From Candidatus Firestoneibacteriota bacterium (lineage in GTDB: Bacteria > Oederibacteriota > D2-FULL-39-29 > CAIOVX01), in assembly GCA_903916325.1 (NCBI GenBank), contig CAIWWK010000156.1, positions 1-54,255 of the forward strand: DNA of 54,255 nucleotides, written 5' to 3'. The position numbers were made by a program, and so were the translations under genes. Positions within the stretch are counted from its first letter, which is position 1; every line of letters begins with the position of its first letter. Below are positions 20,917 to 30,603 of the stretch, one piece after another. Below the pieces are notes generated by a model. That model saw nothing but the letters and a program-made list of their open reading frames with translations. It was not told the origin of the DNA and ran no database searches.

Positions 20917-23913
20917 TTGAAGCTAAAAAAACTTGAAATATACGGGTTCAAATCCTTTGCGGATAAGACCGTGATAAACTTTGAACCCGGGATTACCTGC
21001 ATTGTCGGCCCAAACGGCGCCGGCAAATCTAATGTCGTTGATTCCATCCGCTGGGTGCTCGGCGAGCAGAGCGCCAAATCCTTAAGATCAACCCAGATGG
21101 ATAATGTAATATTCAACGGCACCGATACCAGGCGCCAGCTTGGCATGGCAGAGGTCGGACTGACCTTCTCCGAGACCAAAGGACAGCTCTCCCTTGATTT
21201 CGAAGAAGCCACAATTATGCGCCAGATCTTCCGCGGCGCGGACTGTGAATACTTCATCAATAAATCACCCTGCCGCTTAAAAGACATCAACGAATTATTC
21301 CTCGATACCGGCGTCGGCACAGACACTTACTACATCATGGAGCAGGGGAAGATGGACGCGATCCTCTCCGCCAGGCCCATGGAGAGAAGAGCAATATTTG
21401 AAGAGGCCGCGGGCATCTCAAAGTATAAGCTCCGCAGGGATGAAGCCTTAAAGAAACTTGACGCGACAGAACAGAACCTGCTGCGCATCAAGGATATCAT
21501 CGGCGAAGTTAAGAGACAGGTAGGAAGCCTTGAGCGTTACGCGAAGAAAGCGGAAAAGAGCAAGAAGCTCAACGAAGAACTCCGCGAGGTTGAAGTTTCA
21601 CTGCGCCATTTTGAATACAGCTCTCTTATGGCTGAGCTTGAAAAGCTCATTTCAGGCGAGGCTGCCCTGAAAGCGGAAGTTGAAGCGCTGGAAAAAGGCA
21701 TAACGGACGAGGAAACTAGGCTTGTCGAAGGACGCAAGAAACTCTTTGAAGAAGAGAAGAGCCTCTCCGGAAAGCAGGACGAGTATTACCGGCTCGCCGC
21801 CGAGCTGAATAATGTCTTCAGTAAAATTAATATGCTCGGCGAAACAAAAGAGCGCATTGCCCGCGAAACCGAAGAGATAAATGCCAGGATAGCGGACCTG
21901 GACAGCAAGGCGGGTAACGCTAAGTCCCTGGCCGACAGGTCGACCGCCGAATACAACGAAACCGTTGCCTCCCTTGCCTCGGAAAAAGAAAAGATAGCTA
22001 AGCAGATGGACGCAATCCGGGAGGCGAAAGATAAGTACAAGCACGATGTTAAAAATCTGGAAGAGTTCAAGGTCCAGCTCTTTGACATTATGAACGAGGC
22101 GGTGCATTTAAGGAACGACCTGAAGAACTGTGAGAACCGCTCGGCGGAACTTTCCGCGGCTAAAGAGAAAAAACTCGCGCAGAAACAGGAGTACGTAAAT
22201 CAGCGCGAAGTTTTAGACGCCAAGCTGAGAGAGCTCAGAAAAACGCTCTCGGCTCTCGGCGACAGCGGCAAGTTCTCTTCTTCGGAAAAGATATATGAGT
22301 ATACCGCCGACGAAGTTGTGAAAGCAGGCGAAGCGGAAGTTTCCATGGAAGCTGACTTTCGGGCAGCGGCGAAAGCTGGCGATTTTGCGGCGCTTAAAGC
22401 GATAGTTTCAGGCCTCCGCGAAAAATGGAATTCCTATCTAAAGAAAGTTAAACCTCTTTTCCTTATTCTTCAGGATGTTGAAGGCACAGTCGCCAAAAAG
22501 CATGAAGAACAGACGCTTATTACGGATCTGGAGCGGGCGGGCAAATTTGAGAGGGTCATTGAGGCGGAAATAGCCCAGCTTGACGGAGAAATCGCAGGTC
22601 TTGCCGGGACCTCGGCAGCGGTAAAAGAAAAAATGACCTGGGTTGACGACAAGCATGCCGGGCATAACGCGAAGATAAAGGACCTGGAAAGTTCCATAGC
22701 GGACGCCAGAAAAAACGAAGAAGCGGATAGCATGGCCTTTACCGACCTTAAGGTGAGGCTTACATTCCTTGAGCAGAAAGAGATAAACCTGAAGAATGAT
22801 ATTGACCGGCTTGCGCTGAATCTCGAAGAGATTCAGGTCAGCAGAAAGATGTACCTTAAGGAGATAGAAGCCAAGAGCTCGTCCGTCGTGAAGAACGCGG
22901 AGGAGGCGCTGGAGCTTCAAAAGTTCCTTAACCAGAACAAGGAAAGGAAAGAACAGCTTGAAAACTCTGTCAACGAAGAAAGAAAGAGCAACGAAACCAT
23001 CAGGGAAGCCTTCTATCGGGACGAGGAAAGGCTCCGGTTGCTCCGCAAGGATCACGAAGTAAAACAGAAGAAGTCTTTTGAGAACCTGATAAGCATCAGC
23101 CGCATGCAGTCAAAGACGGGCGGCATCAGAGAGCAGGTCAAGAAGGATTACCGGTTGGAGCTTGAAGGTTTCACTCCGGAAAAGGATTACCTTGCGCTCA
23201 ATTCCCTCACAACTGAGACTGCGGCGGAAAAAATAGCGGAACTTAAAAGGTTAATAGACGAGATAGGCCCGGTCAATATGCTGGCTATGGATGAGTACGC
23301 TGAACTTACAGAGCGCTATAACACGCTCTCAACCCAGGAAAAGGACCTTTCCGAGGCAAAGAGCTCTCTCGTAAAGACCATTAACCAGCTTAACACAACT
23401 ACCAAGCAGCTTTTCCTTGAGACCTTCGTGAAGATCAAGAACAATTTCAACGAGGTTTTCAGGAAACTCTTTAACGGCGGGCATGCAGACCTGATACTCC
23501 TTGACGAGGAGAATCTTCTGGAGACCGGCATAGAAGTTATCGCAAGGCCGCCGGGGAAACGCCCGCAGAATGTCGCCATGCTTTCCGGCGGAGAACGCGC
23601 AATGACCGCCATCGGGCTGCTCTTCGCGGTATTTATGGTCAAGCCTTCGCCGTTCTGCATACTGGACGAAATAGACGCGCCGCTTGACGATTCAAATGTG
23701 ATAAGGTTCCGGGATATGCTTACCGGCTCTTTCCCGAACGTTCAGTTCATAATGATAACCCACAACAAGATAACCATGGAAACCGCCGACGTGCTCTACG
23801 GGGTCACCCAGACCGAACCCGGAGTTTCCAGGATAATCTCCGTCAAGCTGAAAGAGATTGACGAATCAGGCCTGGCAAAGGCGCCCGAAGCTACCAAAGA
23901 GAACGCCGGCTAA
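20917..23913 (+). CDS. smc: SMC-family chromosome segregation ATPase, short (998 aa), no recognisable hinge
   Basis: The heads are canonical: KLKKLEIYGFKSFADK, Walker A GPNGAGKSN, signature LSGGERAMTAIGLLFA, Walker B ILDEIDAPLDD. The start is placed at TTG 20917, 11 nt after GGGGGA. The track start is 20851. Confidence 0.85.
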   Translation: MKLKKLEIYGFKSFADKTVINFEPGITCIVGPNGAGKSNVVDSIRWVLGEQSAKSLRSTQMDNVIFNGTDTRRQLGMAEVGLTFSETKGQLSLDFEEATIMRQIFRGADCEYFINKSPCRLKDINELFLDTGVGTDTYYIMEQGKMDAILSARPMERRAIFEEAAGISKYKLRRDEALKKLDATEQNLLRIKDIIGEVKRQVGSLERYAKKAEKSKKLNEELREVEVSLRHFEYSSLMAELEKLISGEAALKAEVEALEKGITDEETRLVEGRKKLFEEEKSLSGKQDEYYRLAAELNNVFSKINMLGETKERIARETEEINARIADLDSKAGNAKSLADRSTAEYNETVASLASEKEKIAKQMDAIREAKDKYKHDVKNLEEFKVQLFDIMNEAVHLRNDLKNCENRSAELSAAKEKKLAQKQEYVNQREVLDAKLRELRKTLSALGDSGKFSSSEKIYEYTADEVVKAGEAEVSMEADFRAAAKAGDFAALKAIVSGLREKWNSYLKKVKPLFLILQDVEGTVAKKHEEQTLITDLERAGKFERVIEAEIAQLDGEIAGLAGTSAAVKEKMTWVDDKHAGHNAKIKDLESSIADARKNEEADSMAFTDLKVRLTFLEQKEINLKNDIDRLALNLEEIQVSRKMYLKEIEAKSSSVVKNAEEALELQKFLNQNKERKEQLENSVNEERKSNETIREAFYRDEERLRLLRKDHEVKQKKSFENLISISRMQSKTGGIREQVKKDYRLELEGFTPEKDYLALNSLTTETAAEKIAELKRLIDEIGPVNMLAMDEYAELTERYNTLSTQEKDLSEAKSSLVKTINQLNTTTKQLFLETFVKIKNNFNEVFRKLFNGGHADLILLDEENLLETGIEVIARPPGKRPQNVAMLSGGERAMTAIGLLFAVFMVKPSPFCILDEIDAPLDDSNVIRFRDMLTGSFPNVQFIMITHNKITMETADVLYGVTQTEPGVSRIISVKLKEIDESGLAKAPEATKENAG

Positions 23914-24003
23914 TCTGAGGGGCAAGTAGCAACGAATTATTTCGCATGCATCCTTCGTAAATCCCGTAACCACATACGCCTTCCCGGTCTCATTTGTTTT
24001 ACG

Positions 24004-24028
24004 TTATAAACCTTATGAACTTTATCCT
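24004..24028. repeat. AACCTTATAA-type motif fragment (complement orientation)
   Basis: TTATAAACCTTATGAACTTTATCC is related to the right arm of the 17095-17200 palindrome. Confidence 0.5.
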
Positions 24029-24040
24029 TCCCCTTATTTC

Positions 24041-24070
24041 TTGAAAATTCCCGACGCCTTCTGTTATACT
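24041..24070 (+). promoter_or_regulatory. Sigma70-like promoter upstream of purE
   Basis: TTGAAA (24041-24046), 18-nt spacer, TATACT (24065-24070). Confidence 0.5.
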
Positions 24071-24126
24071 AATTATCATGCTGTACATGTCGTAATGCTT
24101 GCATCGTAAATATTTAAGGGGTGACT

Positions 24127-24660
24127 ATGGCTAAGCCTTTGGTTGCTATATTCCTGGGCTCGGATTCTGACCTTCCTGTAATGGCCGAAACGGCAGTTAT
24201 CCTTGAAAAAGCAGGAGTGCCTTACGAATTTGTCATTGCTTCCGCTCACAGGAGCATCAGTTTTGTTCAGCAGAGGGTTAAGGAACTCGAAGCCGAAGGC
24301 GTAAAAGTCTTCATAGCCGCTGCAGGTATGGCCGCTGCATTGCCGGGTGTTATTTCAGCCGAGACAACTCTCCCTGTGATAGGTGTTCCTCTCGACGGTT
24401 CCTCTCTTAAAGGTATTGACGCTCTCTACGCTATAGTCCAGATGCCCGGCGGAATTCCTGTGGCTACTATGGCCATCGGAAAAGCAGGCGCCGTGAATGC
24501 CGCTGTGTTTGCCGTGCAGATACTCGCGCTTTCGGAAGCCAAATACGGGAAATGGATGGTGCAGCACAAGAAGAAACTGGCTGAAATTATTGTGGCAAAG
24601 TCACAGTCTTTGAAGGCAAAAGGTTACAGAAAATATATAGAGGAAATGGGAAAGAAATGA
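24127..24660 (+). CDS. purE: N5-carboxyaminoimidazole ribonucleotide mutase
   Basis: Contains VAIFLGSDSDLPVM, ASAHRS and AAGMAAALPGV motifs. ATG 24127 is better spaced from AAGGGG than the track GTG at 24121. Confidence 0.9.
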   Translation: MAKPLVAIFLGSDSDLPVMAETAVILEKAGVPYEFVIASAHRSISFVQQRVKELEAEGVKVFIAAAGMAAALPGVISAETTLPVIGVPLDGSSLKGIDALYAIVQMPGGIPVATMAIGKAGAVNAAVFAVQILALSEAKYGKWMVQHKKKLAEIIVAKSQSLKAKGYRKYIEEMGKK

Positions 24661-25295
24661 ACCAGTCCGCGCATCAAAATAAGGTAGTTGATAAATCCAA
24701 GATCAAATTTTTGGTCGAGAAATTGAAAGAAGGGGCGGTTATTGGAATCCCTACCGATACTGTTTACGGAATAGCGGCCAGGATGAAAGACCTGAAGGCT
24801 GTCGACCGCATCTACAGGATAAAGAACAGGCCCAGGACCAAGCCTTTGATAATTTTTGTCAGTGACCCGCATCAGGTTGATGATTTTGTTGAGGAGATGC
24901 CTCCGTTTGCATATGACCTGATGGAAACCTTCTGGCCGGGTCCGCTTACTTTGATATTTCCGGCGGCGGAAACACTTTCCAGGGAAATCACAGCCGGTTT
25001 GAATACCATAGGCGTCCGCATCCCGGATTGCAAACCGGTGATAGATATTTTGAAGGCAATAAATGAGCCTCTTGTTGTAACAAGCGCGAATATTTCCGGC
25101 AAGAAGGATCCCGTGACCGCCGCCGAAGTGCTTGCGGAGTTAGGCGACAGCCTGGATTATATTCTCGATACGGGAACGACGCTGCACCAGGTGGTATCAA
25201 CGATAGTGGATGTTACGGGGGAGCACCCCAAAATCACCAGGCAGGGCGCTCTGAAAAAGTCAAAACTGGAAGACGTGGCAATAGATATAAGATGA
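24657..25295 (+). CDS. tsaC: L-threonylcarbamoyladenylate synthase (YrdC/Sua5 family)
   Basis: 212 aa. Contains GAVIGIPTDTVYGIAA, FWPGPLTLI and VTSANISG. ATGA overlap with purE. Confidence 0.85.
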   Translation: MNQSAHQNKVVDKSKIKFLVEKLKEGAVIGIPTDTVYGIAARMKDLKAVDRIYRIKNRPRTKPLIIFVSDPHQVDDFVEEMPPFAYDLMETFWPGPLTLIFPAAETLSREITAGLNTIGVRIPDCKPVIDILKAINEPLVVTSANISGKKDPVTAAEVLAELGDSLDYILDTGTTLHQVVSTIVDVTGEHPKITRQGALKKSKLEDVAIDIR

Positions 25296-25723
25296 ACATC
25301 CTCTTTGTCTGCACCGGCAACTCCTGCCGCAGCGTTATGGCGGAATACATACTGAAAAAGCGGCTTTTCGACCTAAAAGTCTCGGGTGTTGATGTTTCTT
25401 CCGCTGGAACAGGGGCGTTGGACGGCCAACCGGCATCGGCGCACGCGGCAGCGCTTATCAAGGAACTTGGAATAAGCGCGGAGAAGCATCGCGCCAGAAT
25501 GATTACCGGAAAAATTGCGGGTCAAGCAGAACTGATATTCGCGCTTTCCCGGAACCATCTTGATCAGATAATATTCATGTTTCCTGAAGCAAAGTTTAAG
25601 TCGCTGACTCTCTGCAAAGAAGATATAGCGGACCCGATTGGCGCTGGCCTTGAGGCCTACAAGAAAGTGTTTGAAGAAATACGGCAGGCTATAGAGAAGA
25701 ATGTACTGCCAAAGGTGTTATAG
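25292..25723 (+). CDS. Low-molecular-weight protein phosphatase (YwlE-like)
   Basis: 143 aa. It has the P-loop ILFVCTGNSCRS and a DIADP motif. ATGA overlap with tsaC. Confidence 0.85.
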   Translation: MNILFVCTGNSCRSVMAEYILKKRLFDLKVSGVDVSSAGTGALDGQPASAHAAALIKELGISAEKHRARMITGKIAGQAELIFALSRNHLDQIIFMFPEAKFKSLTLCKEDIADPIGAGLEAYKKVFEEIRQAIEKNVLPKVL

Positions 25724-25726
25724 GGC

Positions 25727-25755
25727 GGATGCTCGGAAGTTCGGAGGGTCAGAGG
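25727..25755. repeat. GATGCTCGGAAGTTCGGAGG-type low-complexity repeat
   Basis: Related strings occur at 48271-48352 (both orientations). Weaker ones occur at 26241-26276 and 38993-39019. Confidence 0.5.
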
Positions 25756-25790
25756 CCCGGCAAGCGACGGAAGGGACAAGGAGAATTATA

Positions 25791-26237
25791 ATGCTAGTGA
25801 TAGCTTCGGATCATGCCGGTTTTGAAGGCAAAGAGTTCATAAAAAAGGTTCTTGACGAGAACAAAGTTCCATATAAAGACCTTGGTCCGGCCGGTAACGA
25901 TAGGGTTGATTATCCGGAGTACGGCGCGTCGGTGGCCGGCGCCGTCAGCAGGGGGGAATCGGAAAGGGGAATTCTCGTCTGTGGTTCCGGAATAGGCATG
26001 TCCATAGTGGCAAACAAGTTCCCGAAGGTCAGGGCAACGCTTGTTTACGATAAATACACCGCAGAGATGAGCCGCCAGCACAATGATTCAAATATTTTGG
26101 TGGTCGGCGGCAGGACCACAAAACAGGAAGCCTTAAAAGAGATAGTAAACATCTGGCTTAAAACGGATTTTGACGGCGGCAGGCACGCTGACCGGATTTT
26201 GCAGATAGATGAATTGGAAAAGAAGCTGATGAAGTAA
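25791..26237 (+). CDS. rpiB: Ribose-5-phosphate isomerase B
   Basis: Contains MLVIASDHAGFEGKE and CGSGIGMSIVANK. ATG 25791 lies 7 nt after AAGGAG. The track start at 25701 reads through the repeat. Confidence 0.9.
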   Translation: MLVIASDHAGFEGKEFIKKVLDENKVPYKDLGPAGNDRVDYPEYGASVAGAVSRGESERGILVCGSGIGMSIVANKFPKVRATLVYDKYTAEMSRQHNDSNILVVGGRTTKQEALKEIVNIWLKTDFDGGRHADRILQIDELEKKLMK

Positions 26238-26373
26238 TACGGATGCGCAGAGGTGCAAATGCTCTGATGCGCGGCGACACGGAATTTGGGAACGGATAAT
26301 ATGTTTGAGAAAGAGTCTGTGCGTCCGAGCATTCGACCTTCAAACTGAAAGAATCATTACCTAAGGAGTTTAT

Positions 26374-27627
26374 ATGTATAGAGGGTATTTTGAGAATTTC
26401 CTGCAGAAAGAGGATCAAAAGATAGCGAAGCTCGTGAACGAAGAGTTTAAAAGGCAGGATACGAAGCTTCAGATGATAGCCTCCGAGAATTATACCAGCA
26501 AAGCCGTAATGGCCGTGCAAGGTTCCGTGCTTACCAATAAATACGCCGAAGGTTACCCGGAGAAAAGATTCTATCAGGGATGCGAATATCTGGATAAAGT
26601 TGAAGCCGAAGCAATAAACAGGCTGAAGAAAATGTTCGGGGCAGAGCACGCCAATGTGCAGCCTCATGCCGGCTCCCAGGCAAATATGGGCATATATTTG
26701 TCCTGCCTGAATCCCGGCGACACTATCATGGGCATGGACCTGGCGGCAGGGGGGCATTTGACGCACGGGGCTTCTGTCAGTTTCTCGGGAAAGTTCTTTA
26801 AGTCTGTTCCTTACGGCGTCAGCGAGCACACAAATTTGCTCGATTATGAAGCCATCAGAAACCTTGCAAAAAAACATAAGCCAAAACTGCTGATAGCGGG
26901 GGCGAGTTCCTATCCGCGCCAGATTGATTTCAAAAAATTTCACGATATCGCGAAAGAGGTCGGAGCTCTCTTTATGGCGGATATCGCGCACATTGCGGGT
27001 TTAATAGTCGGGAAGGTCCACCCGGACCCGGTGCCGTACTGCGATTTCATAGGCGGAACGACTCACAAGACTTTGAGGGGGCCGAGAGGAGGTTTTATCC
27101 TCTGCAAGAAAGAATGGATGAAGAAGGTTGATTCCGCGATATTCCCCGGGATACAGGGCGGACCGTTGATGCATGTGGTAGCGGCAAAGGCCGTCGCTTT
27201 TAAGGAAGCGCTCCAGCCTGAGTTTAAGGAATACCAGAAGCAGATAGTCCGGAACGCCAAAGTCATAGCGGACTACCTGTCAAAGAACGGGTTCAACCTT
27301 GTGACCGGCGGAACAGACAACCACATGCTGCTGGTGGACCTTAGGAACAAGCAGTTGACCGGCAGGGATGCAGCCCTGGCGCTCGATAAAGCCGGTATCA
27401 CTGCCAATAAGAACAGGATACCTTTTGATCCGCTCGGGGCTTCTGAAGCGAGCGGGGTCAGGCTTGGGACTCCCGCGTTGACCACGCGCGGCATGAAAGA
27501 AGACCAGTGCCTGGAAATCGCGGAACTGATAGCTGACATACTCAATCACTCTGCCAGCGCCAAAGTAACAGCGGGAGCGCGGAAGAAGGTTAAGATTCTT
27601 TGCAACAAGTTCCCGGTGGAGATTTAA
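26374..27627 (+). CDS. glyA: Serine hydroxymethyltransferase
   Basis: 417 aa. Contains MIASENYTS, the PLP-lysine region [12 protein letters not shown], and [11 protein letters not shown]. Confidence 0.96.
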   Translation: MYRGYFENFLQKEDQKIAKLVNEEFKRQDTKLQMIASENYTSKAVMAVQGSVLTNKYAEGYPEKRFYQGCEYLDKVEAEAINRLKKMFGAEHANVQPHAGSQANMGIYLSCLNPGDTIMGMDLAAGGHLTHGASVSFSGKFFKSVPYGVSEHTNLLDYEAIRNLAKKHKPKLLIAGASSYPRQIDFKKFHDIAKEVGALFMADIAHIAGLIVGKVHPDPVPYCDFIGGTTHKTLRGPRGGFILCKKEWMKKVDSAIFPGIQGGPLMHVVAAKAVAFKEALQPEFKEYQKQIVRNAKVIADYLSKNGFNLVTGGTDNHMLLVDLRNKQLTGRDAALALDKAGITANKNRIPFDPLGASEASGVRLGTPALTTRGMKEDQCLEIAELIADILNHSASAKVTAGARKKVKILCNKFPVEI

Positions 27628-28101
27628 ATGGTGAAAAAAACTTTGGAAAATAAAAGGCCCGGCTGGAACGAATATTTTATGAACATGGCTCAGCTGGTTT
27701 CCACCAGGACCACCTGCATAAGGCGGGGAGTCGGAGCGGTGATAGTAAAAGAGAAACGGGTGCTTGCCACCGGTTATAACGGCGTGCCCAAGGGTATTGA
27801 GCATTGCCTGGTCCGGGGCTGTCTTCGGGAGAAGCTGGGTATTCCTTCCGGGCAGAGGCAGGAAATTTGCCGAGGGCTCCATGCGGAGCAGAACGCGATT
27901 ATTCAGGCCGCCAGGTTCGGCATCTCGATAAAGGATTCCGTTATCTATTGCACGCACCAGCCCTGCGTCACCTGCGCCAAGATGATAATTAACGCCGGAA
28001 TTGTCGAAGTTATTTTCGGCGGCGAATACCCGGACAAGCTCGCCATAGAAATGCTTAAAGAGGCAAAGATAAGACTTACAAAATACGGCGTCCGCGCCTG
28101 A
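27628..28101 (+). CDS. dCMP deaminase (ComEB-like)
   Basis: 157 aa. It has the zinc motifs HAEQNAI and PCVTCAKMI. It starts directly after the glyA stop. Confidence 0.85.
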   Translation: MVKKTLENKRPGWNEYFMNMAQLVSTRTTCIRRGVGAVIVKEKRVLATGYNGVPKGIEHCLVRGCLREKLGIPSGQRQEICRGLHAEQNAIIQAARFGISIKDSVIYCTHQPCVTCAKMIINAGIVEVIFGGEYPDKLAIEMLKEAKIRLTKYGVRA

Positions 28102-28143
28102 CGTCCGTAGCCGCTTCCAGTGAACAGGCCCGGTTGAGGCAGT

Positions 28144-29223
28144 ATGTTTAGTTACGCTATCCTTTTCATAAGTTCTTTCCTGCTCTGTGTCCTGACCGTG
28201 CCCCGTATCATTAAAAAAGCGGTCAAGCTTGATGTCGTTGACAAGCCAACTACGCGCAAGGTACACAGAAAAACTATCCCGCTTTGGGGCGGCGTCGCGA
28301 TATTTTCGTCCTTTGCGGCGGTACTCGTCTTCTTCTATCTCATCGGTTCAGACATTTTCCCGTTCAACCTCCTAAATGGCACGGAATTTTCGAGATTCAG
28401 TTTCAGTTTCAGAGCCCGCCTCGGTCTTAATTCCGGAGTTTTGGGCCTTAAGCTCGCGGGGCTCCTGCTTGGCGGTTTCGTCGTGATAATAACAGGGATG
28501 ATAGACGACAAGACCGGGCTTTCCCCAAAGAAAAAACTATTGGGCCAGCTGATTGCCGCGCTTATAGTGGTTTCATTCGGAGTACGCGTTCAGGGGTTTA
28601 ACATTCCGTTCATGAACCATTATGTCAGCCTGACTTCCGGTCAAGGTTTTGCGGGGGGCGCGCTCTTTGTCCTATCTGCGGCAGTCTCGCTTATTTGGAT
28701 TCTTGCGGTAATTAATTCCATGAACTTTATAGACGGCCTGGACGGGCTTGCCGGCGGTATTTCCCTGGTTTCAGCGTTAACTTTCTTTTCTCTGGCCTTT
28801 TTCAAACCTTCAACTTCGTTGGCCGGAGAGAACATTTCAGCGTTCATCGCCGTAGTCACGGCCGTCCTTTGCGGCAGTATAATCGGTTTTCTCTTCTTTA
28901 ATTTCCGGCCCGCAAAAATATTCATGGGGGACGCCGGCTCGATGTTCCTGGGGTTTATGCTCGCTTCGCTTTCCCTCATAGGCTCTTTCAAAGGGGTCAC
29001 GGCAATCACGCTTTTTACACCGGCTCTCATCCTGAGCGTCCCAATTTTCGACATCATTTTCGCGGTAATTCGAAGGATCAAAAATGGAGTTCCGGTCTCG
29101 TTGGCCGACAAATCCCACCTGCACCACAGGCTGCTGGCGCTCGGACTTTCACCTCTCCAGGTAGTCCTGATAATCTGGCTGATAGCCGCATTTTTCAATG
29201 TCATTGCTTTCCTGCTTGCCTGA
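28144..29223 (+). CDS. Polyprenyl-phosphate N-acetylhexosamine-1-phosphate transferase (MraY/WecA/TagO family)
   Basis: 359 aa polytopic membrane protein. Contains GMIDDK, NFIDGLDGLAGG and FMGDAGSMFLGF motifs. Confidence 0.8.
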   Translation: MFSYAILFISSFLLCVLTVPRIIKKAVKLDVVDKPTTRKVHRKTIPLWGGVAIFSSFAAVLVFFYLIGSDIFPFNLLNGTEFSRFSFSFRARLGLNSGVLGLKLAGLLLGGFVVIITGMIDDKTGLSPKKKLLGQLIAALIVVSFGVRVQGFNIPFMNHYVSLTSGQGFAGGALFVLSAAVSLIWILAVINSMNFIDGLDGLAGGISLVSALTFFSLAFFKPSTSLAGENISAFIAVVTAVLCGSIIGFLFFNFRPAKIFMGDAGSMFLGFMLASLSLIGSFKGVTAITLFTPALILSVPIFDIIFAVIRRIKNGVPVSLADKSHLHHRLLALGLSPLQVVLIIWLIAAFFNVIAFLLA

Positions 29224-29267
29224 TAAGCTCCATTGCCGTCCTTAACGCCTGCAAAGTAATCCGTTTC

Positions 29268-29296
29268 TTGAAAACCTGTGTTATACATGTTATTAT
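29268..29296 (+). promoter_or_regulatory. Possible promoter immediately upstream of xseA
   Basis: TTGAAA, 17-nt spacer, TATTAT. It would leave ATG 29305 nearly leaderless. Confidence 0.3.
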
Positions 29297-29304
29297 TAAA
29301 TGTT

Positions 29305-30603
29305 ATGACAGAAACCGATAAAGCTCTTACCGTTACTGAATTAACCAGAGGAATCAAAAATGTCCTCTCGGACGAATTTGACGATATTAGAGTTGAAGGC
29401 GAGCTCTCTAATTTTCTTATTCATTCGTCAGGCCACCTGTATGCTTCCTTGAAGGACGAGAATTCCGTAATCAAGCTCGTGATGTTCAAGGGCGCGAACC
29501 TGAAGCTCAAGTTCAAACCGGCGAGCGGAATGAATGTCATTGTTCACGGCCGAGTTGACGTCTATGAAAAGAGCGGCCAGTACCAGGTAATTGCCGATTA
29601 TATGGAAGAGGCAGAGGGCCGGGGCAGCCTGCAGAAGAAGTTTGAAGATCTCCGGGACAAACTTGTCAAGGAAGGGCTGATTGTCAGGAAAAGCGATGGT
29701 ACTCACCACAGGTTGAACCCGCGGCCAATTCCCGGCTTTCCGGAAAAAATAGGTATAGTGACCTCGCCAACCGGGGCTGCAATACAAGACATACTAAATA
29801 TAATAGACCGCAGGTTTTCAAATGTAACGGTAGTCCTGGATCCGGTAAAGGTTCAGGGCGACGGCGCGGCCGAAGATATTGCGGCAGCCGTGGCGCGGTT
29901 GAATTCTCTCGGCGGATTTGATGTCATCATAGTGGGAAGGGGCGGGGGTTCCATAGAGGACCTCTGGGCTTTCAATGAGGAAGTTGTAGCGAGAGCGATT
30001 TGCGCTTCGGAAGCGCCGGTTATTTCGGCGGTAGGGCATGAGATAGATTTCACCATCGCTGATTTTGTGGCGGACCTTCGGGCTCCGACGCCATCGGCCG
30101 CCGCGGAACTTGTGGTCAAGGACAAGAACGATATCGCGTCTGTGCTTGAGGGAAATTGGGCCAGGCTGAATCAGGCGCTTTCGGCGCTGACGCAAAGGCA
30201 CGGGGAAAGGCTTGCGTGGCTCGGAAAAACCGGGCTGGCATCGGCCCTCAGGCAAACAGTCGAGGTTTTCAAGGAAAGGATCAACAGTTTGCGGAAGAAC
30301 CGGGTGCTTTCAAAACCCTCGGAATTGATAGACGAACTCAGGCAGGAGCTTGACGACCTGGAGCAGAGGGGAGAAAAGGCCTACAGGCATTTTAGGGAAC
30401 TTAAGAGCCGCGAGCTGATACTTGCCAAAAGCATGCTTGAAGGGCTGAATCCGCTTAAGATACTGGAAAGGGGTTATAGCGTCACGCTGAGTAAGTCGAG
30501 CGGGGCAATAATTAGGGATTCCAAAGACCTGAAAAAGGGCGATAAGGTGGAGCTTAGATTCGCCAAGGGCTCCGCCGGCGCTGAAATAACAGAAACTAAA
30601 TAA
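29305..30603 (+). CDS. xseA: Exodeoxyribonuclease VII large subunit
   Basis: It has an OB-fold N-terminus (LTVTELTRGIKNVL...VEGELSNF) and the catalytic-region motifs GIVTSPTGAAIQD, RGGGSIEDLWAFN and SAVGHEIDFTI. The track start at 29278 is the alternative. Confidence 0.9.
   Translation: MTETDKALTVTELTRGIKNVLSDEFDDIRVEGELSNFLIHSSGHLYASLKDENSVIKLVMFKGANLKLKFKPASGMNVIVHGRVDVYEKSGQYQVIADYMEEAEGRGSLQKKFEDLRDKLVKEGLIVRKSDGTHHRLNPRPIPGFPEKIGIVTSPTGAAIQDILNIIDRRFSNVTVVLDPVKVQGDGAAEDIAAAVARLNSLGGFDVIIVGRGGGSIEDLWAFNEEVVARAICASEAPVISAVGHEIDFTIADFVADLRAPTPSAAAELVVKDKNDIASVLEGNWARLNQALSALTQRHGERLAWLGKTGLASALRQTVEVFKERINSLRKNRVLSKPSELIDELRQELDDLEQRGEKAYRHFRELKSRELILAKSMLEGLNPLKILERGYSVTLSKSSGAIIRDSKDLKKGDKVELRFAKGSAGAEITETK

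Noticed and set aside
26238-26373. A riboswitch (ZTP, THF or glycine) in the 136-nt glyA leader, or a purine riboswitch before purE.
   Set aside because: I could not find the conserved cores, for example the CCGCCUGGG pseudoknot of ZTP. The purE leader after its promoter is only about 50 nt. An Infernal/Rfam scan would be decisive.
26158-28266. Long minus-strand ORFs 26158..26991 (277 aa) and 27280..28266 (328 aa).
   Set aside because: They lie antisense to glyA, the dCMP deaminase gene and the start of the WecA-like gene, all of which have unambiguous family motifs. The antisense translations are R/G/P/H-rich with no recognisable motifs and no RBS.
28641-29357. Minus-strand 238-aa ORF.
   Set aside because: It is a shadow of the polytopic WecA/MraY-like gene and has no motifs.
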